Source: Escherichia phage REP4. From it: a stretch of DNA of 64,000 bases. The DNA lies in the sequence record OQ174503.1. One strand, 5' to 3'. Under the pieces are notes generated by a model that saw only the letters and a list, made by a program, of their open reading frames with translations, did no database searches and was not told where the DNA came from. Position 1 is the first letter of the stretch. Each line of letters begins with the position of its first letter. Below are positions 36,772-46,269 of this stretch, in pieces. A program made the position numbers and the translations under genes.

Positions 36772-38091
36772 TCACACATAAAACACATCATAACGACCAC
36801 GAGTGACACCAACATAAAGAAGCTGCTGAGCTAGTTCAGCATCTGCATAATGAATGCAAGGTGTATAGATAAAAGCACGGTCTACAGACATACCCTGAGC
36901 TTTATGGAATGTTGATGCGGGAAGTGCTTTCACTTTACTAAACTGTGATTTAGCATCCCAAAAATCGCTCCACGGAGCTTTTCCACCTTTATTCCAATTT
37001 TTATAAGTTTCTGCCGTTTTACCTAAAAATAAGTTAAACTTATACAGCTCTTCATCAGATGAAATTATTTTAATCTTTTCACGATAATATTCATCATCGC
37101 CGTAAGTTTCTACTGTTAAATCCCAATGACGAATTAGATATTCCCCAGAAACACCACGAGCTTTAACAAACGTCGATGTATATTCTGCTTCTATAATACG
37201 AACTAATTGTCCGTTATTAAAAATAATTTCTGACACAGGCTTTCCATCAATTTTATATGTTTTAATTAATGGTTCCTGCATTACAATAATTTCACCGACA
37301 ATAAAATCTTTATCAGTTTCAAAAATCTTTTTACGAATAATGCTATTTAACTTGTCAACAGATTTATTCGTAAATGCCATTACACGATTTTCAAACAAAT
37401 CATCTAGTGATTTGACGATTGAAAAATAATTTACCATAAAATCGCGTAAAGCGGTATCACCAGTAAATCCACGTACTCCATGTCCGTCAACAATTTTATC
37501 ATAAATCCACTTACCGTTACGAACATCAGTAGCTACATCAATAATAGGAGCATTACTGCGTTTAACTTCAGTGAGTTCACACTGATAAAAATCTTTATGT
37601 GTAAAGAATGGACTGATATAAGCAGTGTTTTCTCCTGGGTCAACGGGTCTAATTTGCTTATTATCGCCTATTCCAATTATAGTACACCACGGCGGGATAG
37701 TTGAAAGCAAAATTTTAAATAGCTTTCTATCATACATTGACACTTCGTCGCAGATTAATACCCTGCATTTAGCCAAATCTGGTACTTCTTTTTGTTCAAA
37801 AAGAACGTTTTCTTCGTATGTTACTGGGTTAATTTTAAGAATACTGTGAATAGTACTCGCTTCTTTCCCTGACAGTTTTGAAAGAATCTTTTTAGCTGCA
37901 TGAGTAGGAGCTGCTAAAATAATGCCAGTTTCGCCCGTAGATATTAAGGCTTCAATGATGAACTTAGTAAGAGTAGTCTTACCAGTACCAGCAGGTCCAT
38001 TAATAGTTACATGATGTTTCTTTTCTTTAATAGCCCTCATAACGATGTTAAAGGCATTTTTCTGGCCTTCGGTCAAATCATCAAATGTCAT
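36772..38091 (-). CDS. dda: Dda DNA helicase (SF1B), 439 aa
   Basis: ORF track; size identical to T4 Dda; Walker A GPAGTGKTT; N-terminus MTFDDLTEGQKNAFNIVMRAIKEKKHHVTINGPAGTGKTT. Confidence 0.95.
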   Translation of the reverse strand: MTFDDLTEGQKNAFNIVMRAIKEKKHHVTINGPAGTGKTTLTKFIIEALISTGETGIILAAPTHAAKKILSKLSGKEASTIHSILKINPVTYEENVLFEQKEVPDLAKCRVLICDEVSMYDRKLFKILLSTIPPWCTIIGIGDNKQIRPVDPGENTAYISPFFTHKDFYQCELTEVKRSNAPIIDVATDVRNGKWIYDKIVDGHGVRGFTGDTALRDFMVNYFSIVKSLDDLFENRVMAFTNKSVDKLNSIIRKKIFETDKDFIVGEIIVMQEPLIKTYKIDGKPVSEIIFNNGQLVRIIEAEYTSTFVKARGVSGEYLIRHWDLTVETYGDDEYYREKIKIISSDEELYKFNLFLGKTAETYKNWNKGGKAPWSDFWDAKSQFSKVKALPASTFHKAQGMSVDRAFIYTPCIHYADAELAQQLLYVGVTRGRYDVFYV

Positions 38092-38399
38092 CGTAAATTC
38101 CCTGCAATTGGTATACTAACAATACGCCCAGTATCTAAAATTCGCCGATATAATCTTTGTGTGTCTACATCAGGCTTAACATGTTTAACTTCTATTTTAT
38201 TAAACCAAAACTTGCGTGGAGTCTCAACTAATCTCGGAATTCCCATACCTAAAGCTAGTCGATACTGCTCTTTAAGAGTTGTAAAAACTTTATCGGCAAT
38301 CTCCCTTTCAAAAAATACAGCAGGACGATGTTCATCAAGAGGAACAGGCACCGCAAATCCATCTTTATCTCTATACACTATCGCATATACATAAAACAT
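38088..38399 (-). CDS. Hypothetical 103-aa protein (dda.1 position)
   Basis: ORF track; ATGA overlap with dda. Confidence 0.6.
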   Translation of the reverse strand: MFYVYAIVYRDKDGFAVPVPLDEHRPAVFFEREIADKVFTTLKEQYRLALGMGIPRLVETPRKFWFNKIEVKHVKPDVDTQRLYRRILDTGRIVSIPIAGNLR

Positions 38400-38400
38400 A

Positions 38401-39147
38401 TTATCCTCGGATAAGTTTAAAAATTGAACAATTTAGCGGGTATCCTCTTTTCAGTTTAAGTTTATCAATAAAAGACAAGTTTTGATACCGCTCTACACCT
38501 TGAATAATTTTATCACACATATCATATTGCATTTCTGCTTCTGACAACTTTTTCACAGTTTTCCAATCCGAGCCTTTAAGAAGAACGTTCAATTTAACAA
38601 CTTCAGCGCCTTCTGCTATACGAGAACCATCAATACGAGCTTTGAGTGCTACAATCGTTAGCTTAATGTCAGAGGTTTGTTTTGATTTAGAAAGCTGAGA
38701 AATGTGTTCAATTCGGTTTTCACGTTTTTTCTGTATAGCTTTAATTTGATTATAAGTCTTTTTGATTTTAGCCCATTTCTTTTCATCTAAATTTAGTTTA
38801 TGAACTTTTTTCGCAGATGAACGACCAATTCGTAAAGCAAATAAATCACGCTTTTCAATCAACTCTTCTAAAGTATAATCAGAACGAAATGTATTATACT
38901 TTTTCTTTACTGCAATAACATTCCCTTTAATGTATCCAACGTTATTATCAAAACGTTCTAATGATAATTTCTCTCCTTCAATACGATTATCAAAAGGTTC
39001 TCCCGAGTAAGCGCAAACTTTCTGATCTAAAATGTTCTTAATGTAATTGAAGTCTAAGTTAAAATCTTTAGAACGTCTTTTAGCAGATGCCTGAGTATGC
39101 TCTAAACGACGTGTAATTTTACGAATTTGATTTTTAGACAGTTTCAT
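38401..39147 (-). CDS. srd: Srd-like protein (sigma decoy region), 248 aa
   Basis: ORF track; size and position (between dda.1 and modA) as T4 Srd; very basic; own early promoter. Confidence 0.7.
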   Translation of the reverse strand: MKLSKNQIRKITRRLEHTQASAKRRSKDFNLDFNYIKNILDQKVCAYSGEPFDNRIEGEKLSLERFDNNVGYIKGNVIAVKKKYNTFRSDYTLEELIEKRDLFALRIGRSSAKKVHKLNLDEKKWAKIKKTYNQIKAIQKKRENRIEHISQLSKSKQTSDIKLTIVALKARIDGSRIAEGAEVVKLNVLLKGSDWKTVKKLSEAEMQYDMCDKIIQGVERYQNLSFIDKLKLKRGYPLNCSIFKLIRG

Positions 39148-39177
39148 ATTTTTCTCACGGACGGGTTAACTACTTAT

Positions 39178-39207
39178 ACTATAACATTTTTACTTCAGCT
39201 TGTAAAC
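39178..39207 (-). promoter_or_regulatory. Early promoter for srd (GTTTAC, 18 nt, TATAGT)
   Basis: Minus-strand GTTTAC at 39202-39207. Confidence 0.65.
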
Positions 39208-39263
39208 AACTTTATGAAAAATGCTTTAAAACTTTCATGGTATAATGAATCTAAGTCCTTCCA

Positions 39264-39866
39264 TTATAGATTAAATCCTTCAAAATCAAGAGTATAGATA
39301 GTGTATGTTGAATGCTTTTTATACTCATATCTATCTGCAATTCTAAATACACTTCCAGCTGGTATCATTACTTCCTGTTCATCTGAAACTAATTCCATAT
39401 TACGATAACGATGGCTATCCGGAAACTTAAAACTCGGACTATATTCTTTACAACGTAGAGCTTTTATAGCATACTCCTGAAAATTAAATACCATAGGAGC
39501 TTTGAATTCAAAAATAACTTGCGTGTTGTATTCTAATCCAGAAGCAAAATGCAGAGCTATATTTTTATCATATGAAGCTGATACTACTTTATCAAATGTA
39601 ATAATATCAATTCCTTGATTTAACACCTGCTTAGTTTCAACTGGAACACCTCTCCAAAGAGGTTTATCGTTTGGAACCAAACGAGATTTGATTATTTCAT
39701 TTAACCAAGAATGATCGTCTGGCTTATTAGTAATACAATGAATTAAAAGTTCAATTTCAGATAAATTAAATCCTTCGGAAAGTAATTCTTCACGAATAGA
39801 AGCACGCACCGATGCATCCATTGATTTGATTTTAAAATCTTTTAATTGCATTGCTGAATATTTCAT
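39264..39866 (-). CDS. modA: ADP-ribosyltransferase ModA, 200 aa
   Basis: ORF track; size as T4 ModA; R-S-E triad context (PLWRG, VSASYD, EQEVMIP). Confidence 0.88.
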   Translation of the reverse strand: MKYSAMQLKDFKIKSMDASVRASIREELLSEGFNLSEIELLIHCITNKPDDHSWLNEIIKSRLVPNDKPLWRGVPVETKQVLNQGIDIITFDKVVSASYDKNIALHFASGLEYNTQVIFEFKAPMVFNFQEYAIKALRCKEYSPSFKFPDSHRYRNMELVSDEQEVMIPAGSVFRIADRYEYKKHSTYTIYTLDFEGFNL

Positions 39867-40486
39867 TCAACTACCTCAATATCATACACTTTAAATGTTC
39901 CAAACGAATCGTGTAATTTTTCTTTTGAAATAGAAGTTATTTTATACTTTCCAATTGGAATCATCCATTCTTGTTCATGTACAATCATCATTAAGTTATC
40001 AGTACGTTCTGAATCTAATCCATCAGTATCTTCATATGTATACTTAAACTCAGTATTAGGAGAAGAAAGTATAATATCGCTGATATGGTCAGAGTAATTA
40101 AAAGCTTTATCAGTTTTTAAGCGAAGTACTATTTCAGTGAAATATTCAGCATAAGAAAAAGAACACGCTGTATGCAAACTAGTAGTAAATGAATCTACTC
40201 TGTTCGTTGAAAACACTTCTCCAACTTGTAAATCTTTAATGAGTTCTTTTGTCGATTTTGATATACCACGATATAACTGATAAGGTGATTCAGTTAAATG
40301 CTTTTTAACGATTTTATTCAACTGCCGATGAAGAGCTTCATTCTTTTTGGCTTCCATACATTGCCAAAGAACTGACTGTTCAAAGTCAGTAAATTTTTCA
40401 CAGACCTTTTTATACATATCATATTGAAAATCAACGCTTTCAGCTTTTATAGATAACTGTTCAACATCTGCGGGATTAATAATCAT
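39863..40486 (-). CDS. modB: ADP-ribosyltransferase ModB, 207 aa
   Basis: ORF track 39863..40498 shortened to ATG with GGAGG RBS (MIINPADVEQ); R-S-E context (YQLYRG, STNRVDSF, EQEWMIP). Confidence 0.88.
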   Translation of the reverse strand: MIINPADVEQLSIKAESVDFQYDMYKKVCEKFTDFEQSVLWQCMEAKKNEALHRQLNKIVKKHLTESPYQLYRGISKSTKELIKDLQVGEVFSTNRVDSFTTSLHTACSFSYAEYFTEIVLRLKTDKAFNYSDHISDIILSSPNTEFKYTYEDTDGLDSERTDNLMMIVHEQEWMIPIGKYKITSISKEKLHDSFGTFKVYDIEVVE

Positions 40487-40512
40487 GATAGCCTCCATAT
40501 ACTTCAGAAGCT

Positions 40513-40542
40513 ATCATATCATTGTTAGGAAGGAAAGTAAAC
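40513..40542 (-). promoter_or_regulatory. Early promoter for modB/modA (GTTTAC, 18 nt, TATGAT)
   Basis: Minus-strand GTTTAC at 40537-40542. Confidence 0.6.
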
Positions 40543-40553
40543 AACTTTTTGAA

Positions 40554-40736
40554 TTATTTTGCCCAGGGAGCCCAGGGCGGAGGGTCAAGATGGTATGAAG
40601 CTAGTTCTTCTAGAAGAGCATCTGGGGCTTCAATTCCATAATTCTGTAATACTATACGGTACTCTTTCTTATAATCATTAGAATCATTCTGGATATTCGT
40701 AGAATGATTATCTTCTAACATCTCAAATAAATCCAT
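40554..40736 (-). CDS. Hypothetical 60-aa acidic protein
   Basis: ORF track; ATG start. Confidence 0.5.
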   Translation of the reverse strand: MDLFEMLEDNHSTNIQNDSNDYKKEYRIVLQNYGIEAPDALLEELASYHLDPPPWAPWAK

Positions 40737-40744
40737 ATTAATTC

Positions 40745-41215
40745 CTAGCGATAAAAACCAAAATAACGATTAGTTTCAATAATCTTTCTTTCTTCTTCGG
40801 ACATTCTCCAGCGTAGTCCAACATCAAAATGAGCCCAGACCATCTTAACGAATGCATTTATATCTTTAATATCTTCAATAATGAATGTTTTACTTTTAGA
40901 AGGTTGACTCGCTAATTTAACTTTATCGTCTTCAAACAGGTCAAAAAGACCATATTCATGAGCTCTTTTATAGCCTTTAATAGTTAAAGCTTCAGAAGAA
41001 GAAAATGGTGAATCAGTATTCTGCAAAATATCTTCAGTATGCTTTATAATTAGAATAACATTTTCTGGATATTTTCTTTCTTTTATATCTTTAATTAAAA
41101 TATCCGGATTTTCTGCTAAAGGAATAATTAATGAGCACTTTTTATCAAGTGTATTTACCGATTTACCTTCTTTAGACATAAATTCTATTGAATAATGTTT
41201 TGCTACTTCAATCAT
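40745..41215 (-). CDS. Hypothetical 156-aa protein
   Basis: ORF track; ATG start. Confidence 0.6.
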   Translation of the reverse strand: MIEVAKHYSIEFMSKEGKSVNTLDKKCSLIIPLAENPDILIKDIKERKYPENVILIIKHTEDILQNTDSPFSSSEALTIKGYKRAHEYGLFDLFEDDKVKLASQPSKSKTFIIEDIKDINAFVKMVWAHFDVGLRWRMSEEERKIIETNRYFGFYR

Positions 41216-41368
41216 GTGATTTCCTCTTGCCTACTAATGGGCCATCAGGAATTTTGTTTTCCTGAATGTATTTCTCATTTTCTTCCATCATTTTACTGCC
41301 AATTTTAAGAAGCAAATCCATTGCTTCATTTGCTTTAGCTTTAGCCTCTTCTAGCGTCATATCTCTGT

Positions 41369-41572
41369 TCACGATTTATCCCCATAGATGTCTCTCATCA
41401 ATTTAAGCGCTGAGCGTTCTAATTTCTTTTCTTTCTCAACGCTAATCATTGATTTCATCCATTCTTCTGATTCGTTCTGCATTTCTTTATTTGCTTGTTC
41501 AACCCAACCATCATCAATGTACATTGAGTTTGGTCTATTGAACCATTCAAACATTTTCTTCAGAACTTTCAT
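41369..41572 (-). CDS. Hypothetical 67-aa protein
   Basis: ORF track; ATG start. Confidence 0.55.
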   Translation of the reverse strand: MKVLKKMFEWFNRPNSMYIDDGWVEQANKEMQNESEEWMKSMISVEKEKKLERSALKLMRDIYGDKS

Positions 41573-42032
41573 TTATTTTACCTAAAACAACAGTAGGAGC
41601 ATCATCAAATTTATGAATTTTGAGTAAATTTGGATTTAAATTATTCCATAAAGAGGTAATAAAATATGATAGCGCATTTTCTTCTGTAATTATAAATTTA
41701 TTTCCCTTATCTATTTTCCAGTCATATATTGAATCATATGAATATAATGGCAGCGGTTTATTGTTATAATATGCTTCAGAAACATCAATATAGTTAGATT
41801 TAGTAAATGCTTGAATTGACATAAATGGAGAATTTCGTACAGTTTCAATAATTCCGATCTTTTTAAGTTTTATTTCAACATCTTCTGGAACTGGCATTGA
41901 AATAAAATCTTCTACTAGATACATGTTATTATCATATCTTTTATCAATCATTACTGCTACTGTAATTGGAACATCTTTAGCAAACGACATACTATTACTA
42001 CTAATATACATTTCAAACAAAATCGCTTCCAT
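41547..42032 (-). CDS. Hypothetical 161-aa protein (mrh position by size)
   Basis: ORF track start is TTG; ATG at [12 protein letters not shown] with RBS GAGGAAAATT. Confidence 0.55.
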   Translation of the reverse strand: MEAILFEMYISSNSMSFAKDVPITVAVMIDKRYDNNMYLVEDFISMPVPEDVEIKLKKIGIIETVRNSPFMSIQAFTKSNYIDVSEAYYNNKPLPLYSYDSIYDWKIDKGNKFIITEENALSYFITSLWNNLNPNLLKIHKFDDAPTVVLGKINESSEENV

Positions 42033-42040
42033 AATTTTCC

Positions 42041-42382
42041 TCAATCACAAGATGTAGATGAACAACTAGAATCACAAGAACTTCCACACGAATCGCCCGT
42101 CCATACATGAACAGGAACATTAGTGTCATATGAATTAGAACTAGACTGTGTATTCTGTGTATTAGATGATGTAGTAGGTGTTGACCAACGCCAAGGATTT
42201 TTATAATATTCTTGGGCTTCTTCATAAGTCATAGTAACTGCTTCTACTGTTCCATCTCCCATATAAACATATTCAACTACAGTTAAAGGAAGGTAGTCAT
42301 TTGAAATAGGAACTACGCCTTCTCCGGGAGTCGTAGAGAAAAAATCCGTAAAGAAGCTTTTAAACCAATTAAAGATAAACAT
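42041..42382 (-). CDS. Hypothetical 113-aa protein with Ser/Thr-rich linker and Cys/Ser-rich C-terminal tail
   Basis: ORF track; hydrophobic N-terminus, [22 protein letters not shown] low-complexity region, C-terminus [18 protein letters not shown]. Confidence 0.55.
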   Translation of the reverse strand: MFIFNWFKSFFTDFFSTTPGEGVVPISNDYLPLTVVEYVYMGDGTVEAVTMTYEEAQEYYKNPWRWSTPTTSSNTQNTQSSSNSYDTNVPVHVWTGDSCGSSCDSSCSSTSCD

Positions 42383-42588
42383 TACAAAAAGCCTCTCTTG
42401 AATTCAACTTGCTTCTCGCCATAATCATATCGAATCTCTGCATTAAATTCGACAGAACCATCTGCATACATCATAAATGAATGCACAACAACTTCTGCAG
42501 ACCATGGCTGCAGTTCATATTTCTTCATTACATGCCGTGAAATGATAATATCTAAATCTTCATTTGGTTTAATCCAACGATTTAACAT
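42382..42588 (-). CDS. Hypothetical 68-aa protein
   Basis: ORF track; ATG; early promoter upstream. Confidence 0.55.
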   Translation of the reverse strand: MLNRWIKPNEDLDIIISRHVMKKYELQPWSAEVVVHSFMMYADGSVEFNAEIRYDYGEKQVEFKRGFL

Positions 42589-42614
42589 AGTGCTCTCCTC
42601 TATAAGATAATTCT

Positions 42615-42645
42615 ATTATACCATTCTCATTTTGGAAAGTAAACC
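42615..42645 (-). promoter_or_regulatory. Early promoter (GTTTAC, 19 nt, TATAAT)
   Basis: Minus-strand GTTTAC at 42640-42645 and TATAAT at 42615-42620. Confidence 0.55.
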
Positions 42646-42654
42646 AGTAAAATG

Positions 42655-42679
42655 AAAAAGGACTCCCGGAGGAGTCCTT
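42655..42679 (-). terminator. Terminator AAGGACTCC-TCCG-GGAGTCCTT plus U-run after soc
   Basis: 9-bp perfect stem followed by a T-run on the minus strand, 5 nt after soc stop. Confidence 0.8.
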
Positions 42680-42683
42680 GAAA

Positions 42684-42929
42684 TTATTCACCAGTTACTT
42701 TCCACAAATCTTCGTTTGCAGTAATCCATTTAGTACGTTGATTTTCTTCATATACTGTAGAATATGCTGCTTTTTCTGAAGGGAATGTCTGGTAATGAGC
42801 GCCAGAAATTTTGTGAACGTCAGAATAAAGAGGGAAAGCTACAGAAATTTCCTTTCCTTCAATTTTCTTATTTCCATCTAATTTCTGCTCAAACGTTTTG
42901 ATATTAACATAACCGCGAGTACTAGCCAT
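42684..42929 (-). CDS. soc: Small outer capsid protein Soc, 81 aa
   Basis: ORF track; near-identical to T4 Soc (MASTRGYVNIKTFEQKLDGNKKIEGKEISVAFPLYSDVHKISGAHYQTFPSEKAAYSTVYEENQRTK). Confidence 0.96.
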   Translation of the reverse strand: MASTRGYVNIKTFEQKLDGNKKIEGKEISVAFPLYSDVHKISGAHYQTFPSEKAAYSTVYEENQRTKWITANEDLWKVTGE

Positions 42930-42959
42930 GTAATTCTCCTTTTATTTAAATTACATGAT

Positions 42960-42967
42960 TATTTATA
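42960..42967 (-). promoter_or_regulatory. Late promoter box TATAAATA for soc
   Basis: Exact TATAAATA on minus strand about 30 nt upstream of soc ATG. Confidence 0.8.
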
Positions 42968-43141
42968 TCAGTCTTCAACGAAAACTTGCGCCAGGAATTC
43001 ATGTTCATCTTGAATTTGTTTATATAAAGCCATTACAGCATTTATATTAGAGCTATCTACTTTAAGCTGATAAGCATACAACTCGTATAAATTAATTAAA
43101 GCTTTTTGACGTCTAATAAATTCTTCTTTGGATATTTTCAT
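42968..43141 (-). CDS. Hypothetical 57-aa protein (soc.1 position; not in ORF track)
   Basis: Manual translation MKISKEEFIRRQKALINLYELYAYQLKVDSSNINAVMALYKQIQDEHEFLAQVFVED; ATGA overlap with upstream ORF. Confidence 0.45.
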   Translation of the reverse strand: MKISKEEFIRRQKALINLYELYAYQLKVDSSNINAVMALYKQIQDEHEFLAQVFVED

Positions 43142-43341
43142 TTTGAATGTTCTATAATTAATTTTAAGGCTTCTTCGCTGACAAAAATTTCATCAGGACC
43201 TTCTTCTACAACCCAATCAACCACACGAAGCTGATTAGATAAGAGCTCACATACGAGCTCCTTGTCATAATTTTTAAATAGCTGGTCAATACGTTTCTTG
43301 CGGGCTTTCTTAAGCTGGCGTTTATTTAAACGAGCCATCAA
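43138..43341 (-). CDS. Hypothetical 67-aa basic protein (soc.2 position)
   Basis: ORF track; ATG overlaps gene 56 stop. Confidence 0.55.
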   Translation of the reverse strand: MMARLNKRQLKKARKKRIDQLFKNYDKELVCELLSNQLRVVDWVVEEGPDEIFVSEEALKLIIEHSK

Positions 43342-43856
43342 TAACCTCGGTCTTGACGAGCGAAGTTTTCAGCATTTTTCAGATAATAAAGTTTAAAGAT
43401 TTCTTCAGCCGTAAGACCGAGACCTTGGAACATGTTCAGAACGAAATGAAGAATATCAATCATTTCAAATTTAATTTCCAACTGGTCTTGCGGAGACAAA
43501 TCAGTAATTAGAGTTTCACGACGTTCACCATGCTGTGACTTCCAAGGTTTCCATACAGCAGATGCATCTTTTTCGCCATTGCTCATACCGCCAAGAGATG
43601 TCAGAAGTTCACGGAATTCATCGTCAATATAATCTTTCTGATTACGCAGCCAATCAACAACTTCACCAGCAGTAGCCAAATCATCAGGATGACGGTTATA
43701 TTCAGGTTTATCTTTAGCTAAACGAACCTGCAAAGATTTCTGCATATCAAGCATAACCTGCAGCGGGTCTTTTTCATCACCGAGAATATCCCAGTATTCG
43801 TTTTGAGCTTTATCAGCGCCTTCGATCAGTTGTGAACATTCATTAAAGTATGCCAT
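43338..43856 (-). CDS. 56: dCTP/dUTP pyrophosphatase gp56 (MazG-like), 172 aa
   Basis: ORF track 43338..43949 shortened to ATG at MAYFNECSQLIEG; size and position as T4 gp56; N-terminal extension in track runs through intergenic DNA. Confidence 0.85.
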   Translation of the reverse strand: MAYFNECSQLIEGADKAQNEYWDILGDEKDPLQVMLDMQKSLQVRLAKDKPEYNRHPDDLATAGEVVDWLRNQKDYIDDEFRELLTSLGGMSNGEKDASAVWKPWKSQHGERRETLITDLSPQDQLEIKFEMIDILHFVLNMFQGLGLTAEEIFKLYYLKNAENFARQDRGY

Positions 43857-43927
43857 TATTTTTCCTTTCAATTCATGGATTAGTAGATTAATTATACAAT
43901 AAATATATAAAGCAATAAGGAGGACAT

Positions 43928-44128
43928 ATGGTACAAAAATTAATGGCACTTGTTAATGCCATAAAAGGTAATAAAAAACGTATAGCTTTTACTATTTCTG
44001 CTATGATAGGAATTTTACTTTGGAATTTTGTTTTATCGCCAGTAGCTATTGCTCATGGCGTTAGTATTCCAGTAATTACTCTTGATACATTCGTAGATTT
44101 AGCATTTGCTTTAGTTGGGTTAATTTAA
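43928..44128 (+). CDS. Hypothetical 66-aa two-helix membrane protein on the opposite strand
   Basis: ORF track; strong SD AAGGAGG 4 nt before ATG; hydrophobic segments; only plus-strand ORF with a good RBS inside the minus-strand early region. Confidence 0.5.
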   Translation: MVQKLMALVNAIKGNKKRIAFTISAMIGILLWNFVLSPVAIAHGVSIPVITLDTFVDLAFALVGLI

Positions 44129-45153
44129 ATCTTAGCATATTTAGATAGCCGCATTTTAGCCATCAGCCCTTGAGCAATATTATTTTTCATATATTCCATA
44201 ATTTGTTCAGGGGTTGCACCTTCCTTTCTAATCATATCATTAACATCTTTTGATTTCCAGGGAGATTTATCCCAAAACATAACCCTTTCTCCTGCATCAA
44301 CCAATTTAGTCATTCGTTTAATAGTGTCAGGATGACGAGGTTCATTATCTAAAACCCATACACGTCTATCTTTAAATGGAACAATTTCTAGGTCTAATTG
44401 ACCACCTGTAATAGCTATACCATTTTCAATAAAAAGTGAATCTATAGGTCCTTCTAGAACATATACATCACCATCTTTAACCCGTTCAACACCATAGATT
44501 TTTGTTGCCTCAGGATAAGCTTTGATGGTGATATATTTTTGAGGAGCATCTTTCTTTAATGCGCGTCCTTGAAAAGACTCAGCTTTTCCATTAGCATTAT
44601 AAATTGGAATAACAAGACGAGGCTCAGATATTTCCTTTTTATATGTTCCTGGTGCTATACTATTAACTAATTTAGGCCATTCAGTTGTAAACCAAAGATA
44701 TTTCCATTTATCCTTTGGAATACAGCGAGCTTTTACGTATTTTATAATTGGATGGTCTTCCGCCAGTTTATCTAATCTAATGCATGACGGAAGAGATTTA
44801 ATTATTTTCTTCTCAGGTTGTTTAGGAAGTTCTTTAGGTTTTTCTACTGGACGACTTTTACCTTTTTCTTTTCTTATTTCAAAGATATACTCACGATATA
44901 AATCAGGTTCAAACTCCTTTAAATATATTCCGATTGGTGCATGATAGTTACAGTTATAGCAATGAATATTTCCTTCATTATTATCACCATAATACCATCC
45001 ACGGGCTTTATTTTGGTCGGTTTTTGAATCTCCACAAACAGGGCATCTAAACCGTAATTTAAAAGTTGAACTATTATTTACTTGTGTGAATTTAGGTAAA
45101 TGAGCTAATGCACGGTATGCAAACTCATTATCAATCCAAGGTATTGATGGCAT
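44125..45153 (-). CDS. 61: DNA primase gp61, 342 aa
   Basis: ORF track; near-identical to T4 gp61 (zinc ribbon CPVCGDSKTDQNKARGWYYGDNNEGNIHCYNCNYH, TOPRIM core). Confidence 0.96.
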   Translation of the reverse strand: MPSIPWIDNEFAYRALAHLPKFTQVNNSSTFKLRFRCPVCGDSKTDQNKARGWYYGDNNEGNIHCYNCNYHAPIGIYLKEFEPDLYREYIFEIRKEKGKSRPVEKPKELPKQPEKKIIKSLPSCIRLDKLAEDHPIIKYVKARCIPKDKWKYLWFTTEWPKLVNSIAPGTYKKEISEPRLVIPIYNANGKAESFQGRALKKDAPQKYITIKAYPEATKIYGVERVKDGDVYVLEGPIDSLFIENGIAITGGQLDLEIVPFKDRRVWVLDNEPRHPDTIKRMTKLVDAGERVMFWDKSPWKSKDVNDMIRKEGATPEQIMEYMKNNIAQGLMAKMRLSKYAKI

Positions 45154-45155
45154 TT

Positions 45156-45320
45156 TTACTCTTCTTTTTCTTTAGATTCCTCTTTTTTCTTTTTAGGAAT
45201 CTGTTCAGGACCTTTATTTACTACAGCGCCTGACGTTGTTCCAGTAGAGATATTTTCAGGATTACCACCTGAATCGCCAGCTACCATATCTTCTTTAATA
45301 AATTCTTTATATGTTTTCAT
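45156..45320 (-). CDS. 61.1: Hypothetical 54-aa Gly/Lys/Glu-rich protein (not in ORF track)
   Basis: Manual translation MKTYKEFIKEDMVAGDSGGNPENISTGTTSGAVVNKGPEQIPKKKKEESKEKEE; position and size of T4 61.1. Confidence 0.5.
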   Translation of the reverse strand: MKTYKEFIKEDMVAGDSGGNPENISTGTTSGAVVNKGPEQIPKKKKEESKEKEE

Positions 45321-45321
45321 A

Positions 45322-45948
45322 TTAACCTCTATTCATAAAAGCATTAAAAATTTGGTCATCAATAGAAACATTCACTTTAGACTGTTTTTCTGATGGTAAT
45401 TCATATCCACATATTACAATTTTATGATCAATATCAAAATACACAGAAGCAATATGATTAATGATGTTTTCAGTAAAGTCTAAATCAACATCAATATCTT
45501 TTTGACCACAGCCCAAAGGATAAATAATGCGAGTAATTCGATTATCTTTAACAAAGATTCCACCGATATACTCTGTGCTGCGTTCAAAGTCTACACGCCG
45601 ACGAAATGAAAAATATTCAGGCTCTTTATGAGCTCGGCTCATAGGACACAACGAGTAACTAGAATAAGAGATGTCAAATCCTACGCCTTCAATATGAGCC
45701 AAATTATCATGATTAAACCAATTATAATCGTACGCCAAGTCCATTAGATTATAATATGTGAAAGGCACCGGATTAACATCATTAGTCACAAGCATGTAAT
45801 TAGCAACTGCTATAATTTCATTATTTTTAACGAATACAAACCGTGATTGATGTGAATGACCTGGACCTGCGTTTTCACGATTAATGATATAACACTGGGC
45901 ACCTTTATATTTGTACGTGTCTTTGCACTTGTGCATTTGATAAAGCAT
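45322..45948 (-). CDS. Hypothetical 208-aa protein at the T4 61.2 position (the gene reported as anti-DarT factor AdfA in T4)
   Basis: ORF track; position between 61.1 and sp and length match T4 61.2; assignment is by synteny and size only. Confidence 0.6.
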   Translation of the reverse strand: MLYQMHKCKDTYKYKGAQCYIINRENAGPGHSHQSRFVFVKNNEIIAVANYMLVTNDVNPVPFTYYNLMDLAYDYNWFNHDNLAHIEGVGFDISYSSYSLCPMSRAHKEPEYFSFRRRVDFERSTEYIGGIFVKDNRITRIIYPLGCGQKDIDVDLDFTENIINHIASVYFDIDHKIVICGYELPSEKQSKVNVSIDDQIFNAFMNRG

Positions 45949-46241
45949 TATTCACCTACCACTTCAGCGATGATATTTTTATTATTGAAGTTTTTATCAC
46001 AATACAGAACGTAATTATACTGCATTACACCACCAGACTTAAGCTGTTTTTGTACTTCAGCTTTCATTTCAGGGCGATCACGCTCAACGATATTCATAAT
46101 ATCCGCTTCAATTTGAGTTTCAACTTCAGTCTGATCTGCAGTCATAGACCATTCACACAAATCTTTGTCATAACCCGCCATAGCAGGCTGAGCAGCGCAA
46201 GAAGATAAAGCAAAAATTGCAGCAAAGATAAATTTTTTCAT
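45948..46241 (-). CDS. sp: Spackle periplasmic protein (superinfection exclusion; inhibitor of gp5 lysozyme), 97 aa
   Basis: ORF track; 22-aa signal peptide MKKFIFAAIFALSSCAAQPAMA then 75-aa mature part with two Cys; size and position of T4 sp (61.3). Confidence 0.85.
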   Translation of the reverse strand: MKKFIFAAIFALSSCAAQPAMAGYDKDLCEWSMTADQTEVETQIEADIMNIVERDRPEMKAEVQKQLKSGGVMQYNYVLYCDKNFNNKNIIAEVVGE

Positions 46242-46269
46242 GATAATCTCCTCAGTAGTTTATGTTTAT

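Noticed and set aside
41213-41359. Possible 48-aa ORF ([50 protein letters not shown]) between two annotated ORFs
   Set aside because: Fits the gap and is plausibly real, but has no recognisable SD; left unannotated pending expression evidence.
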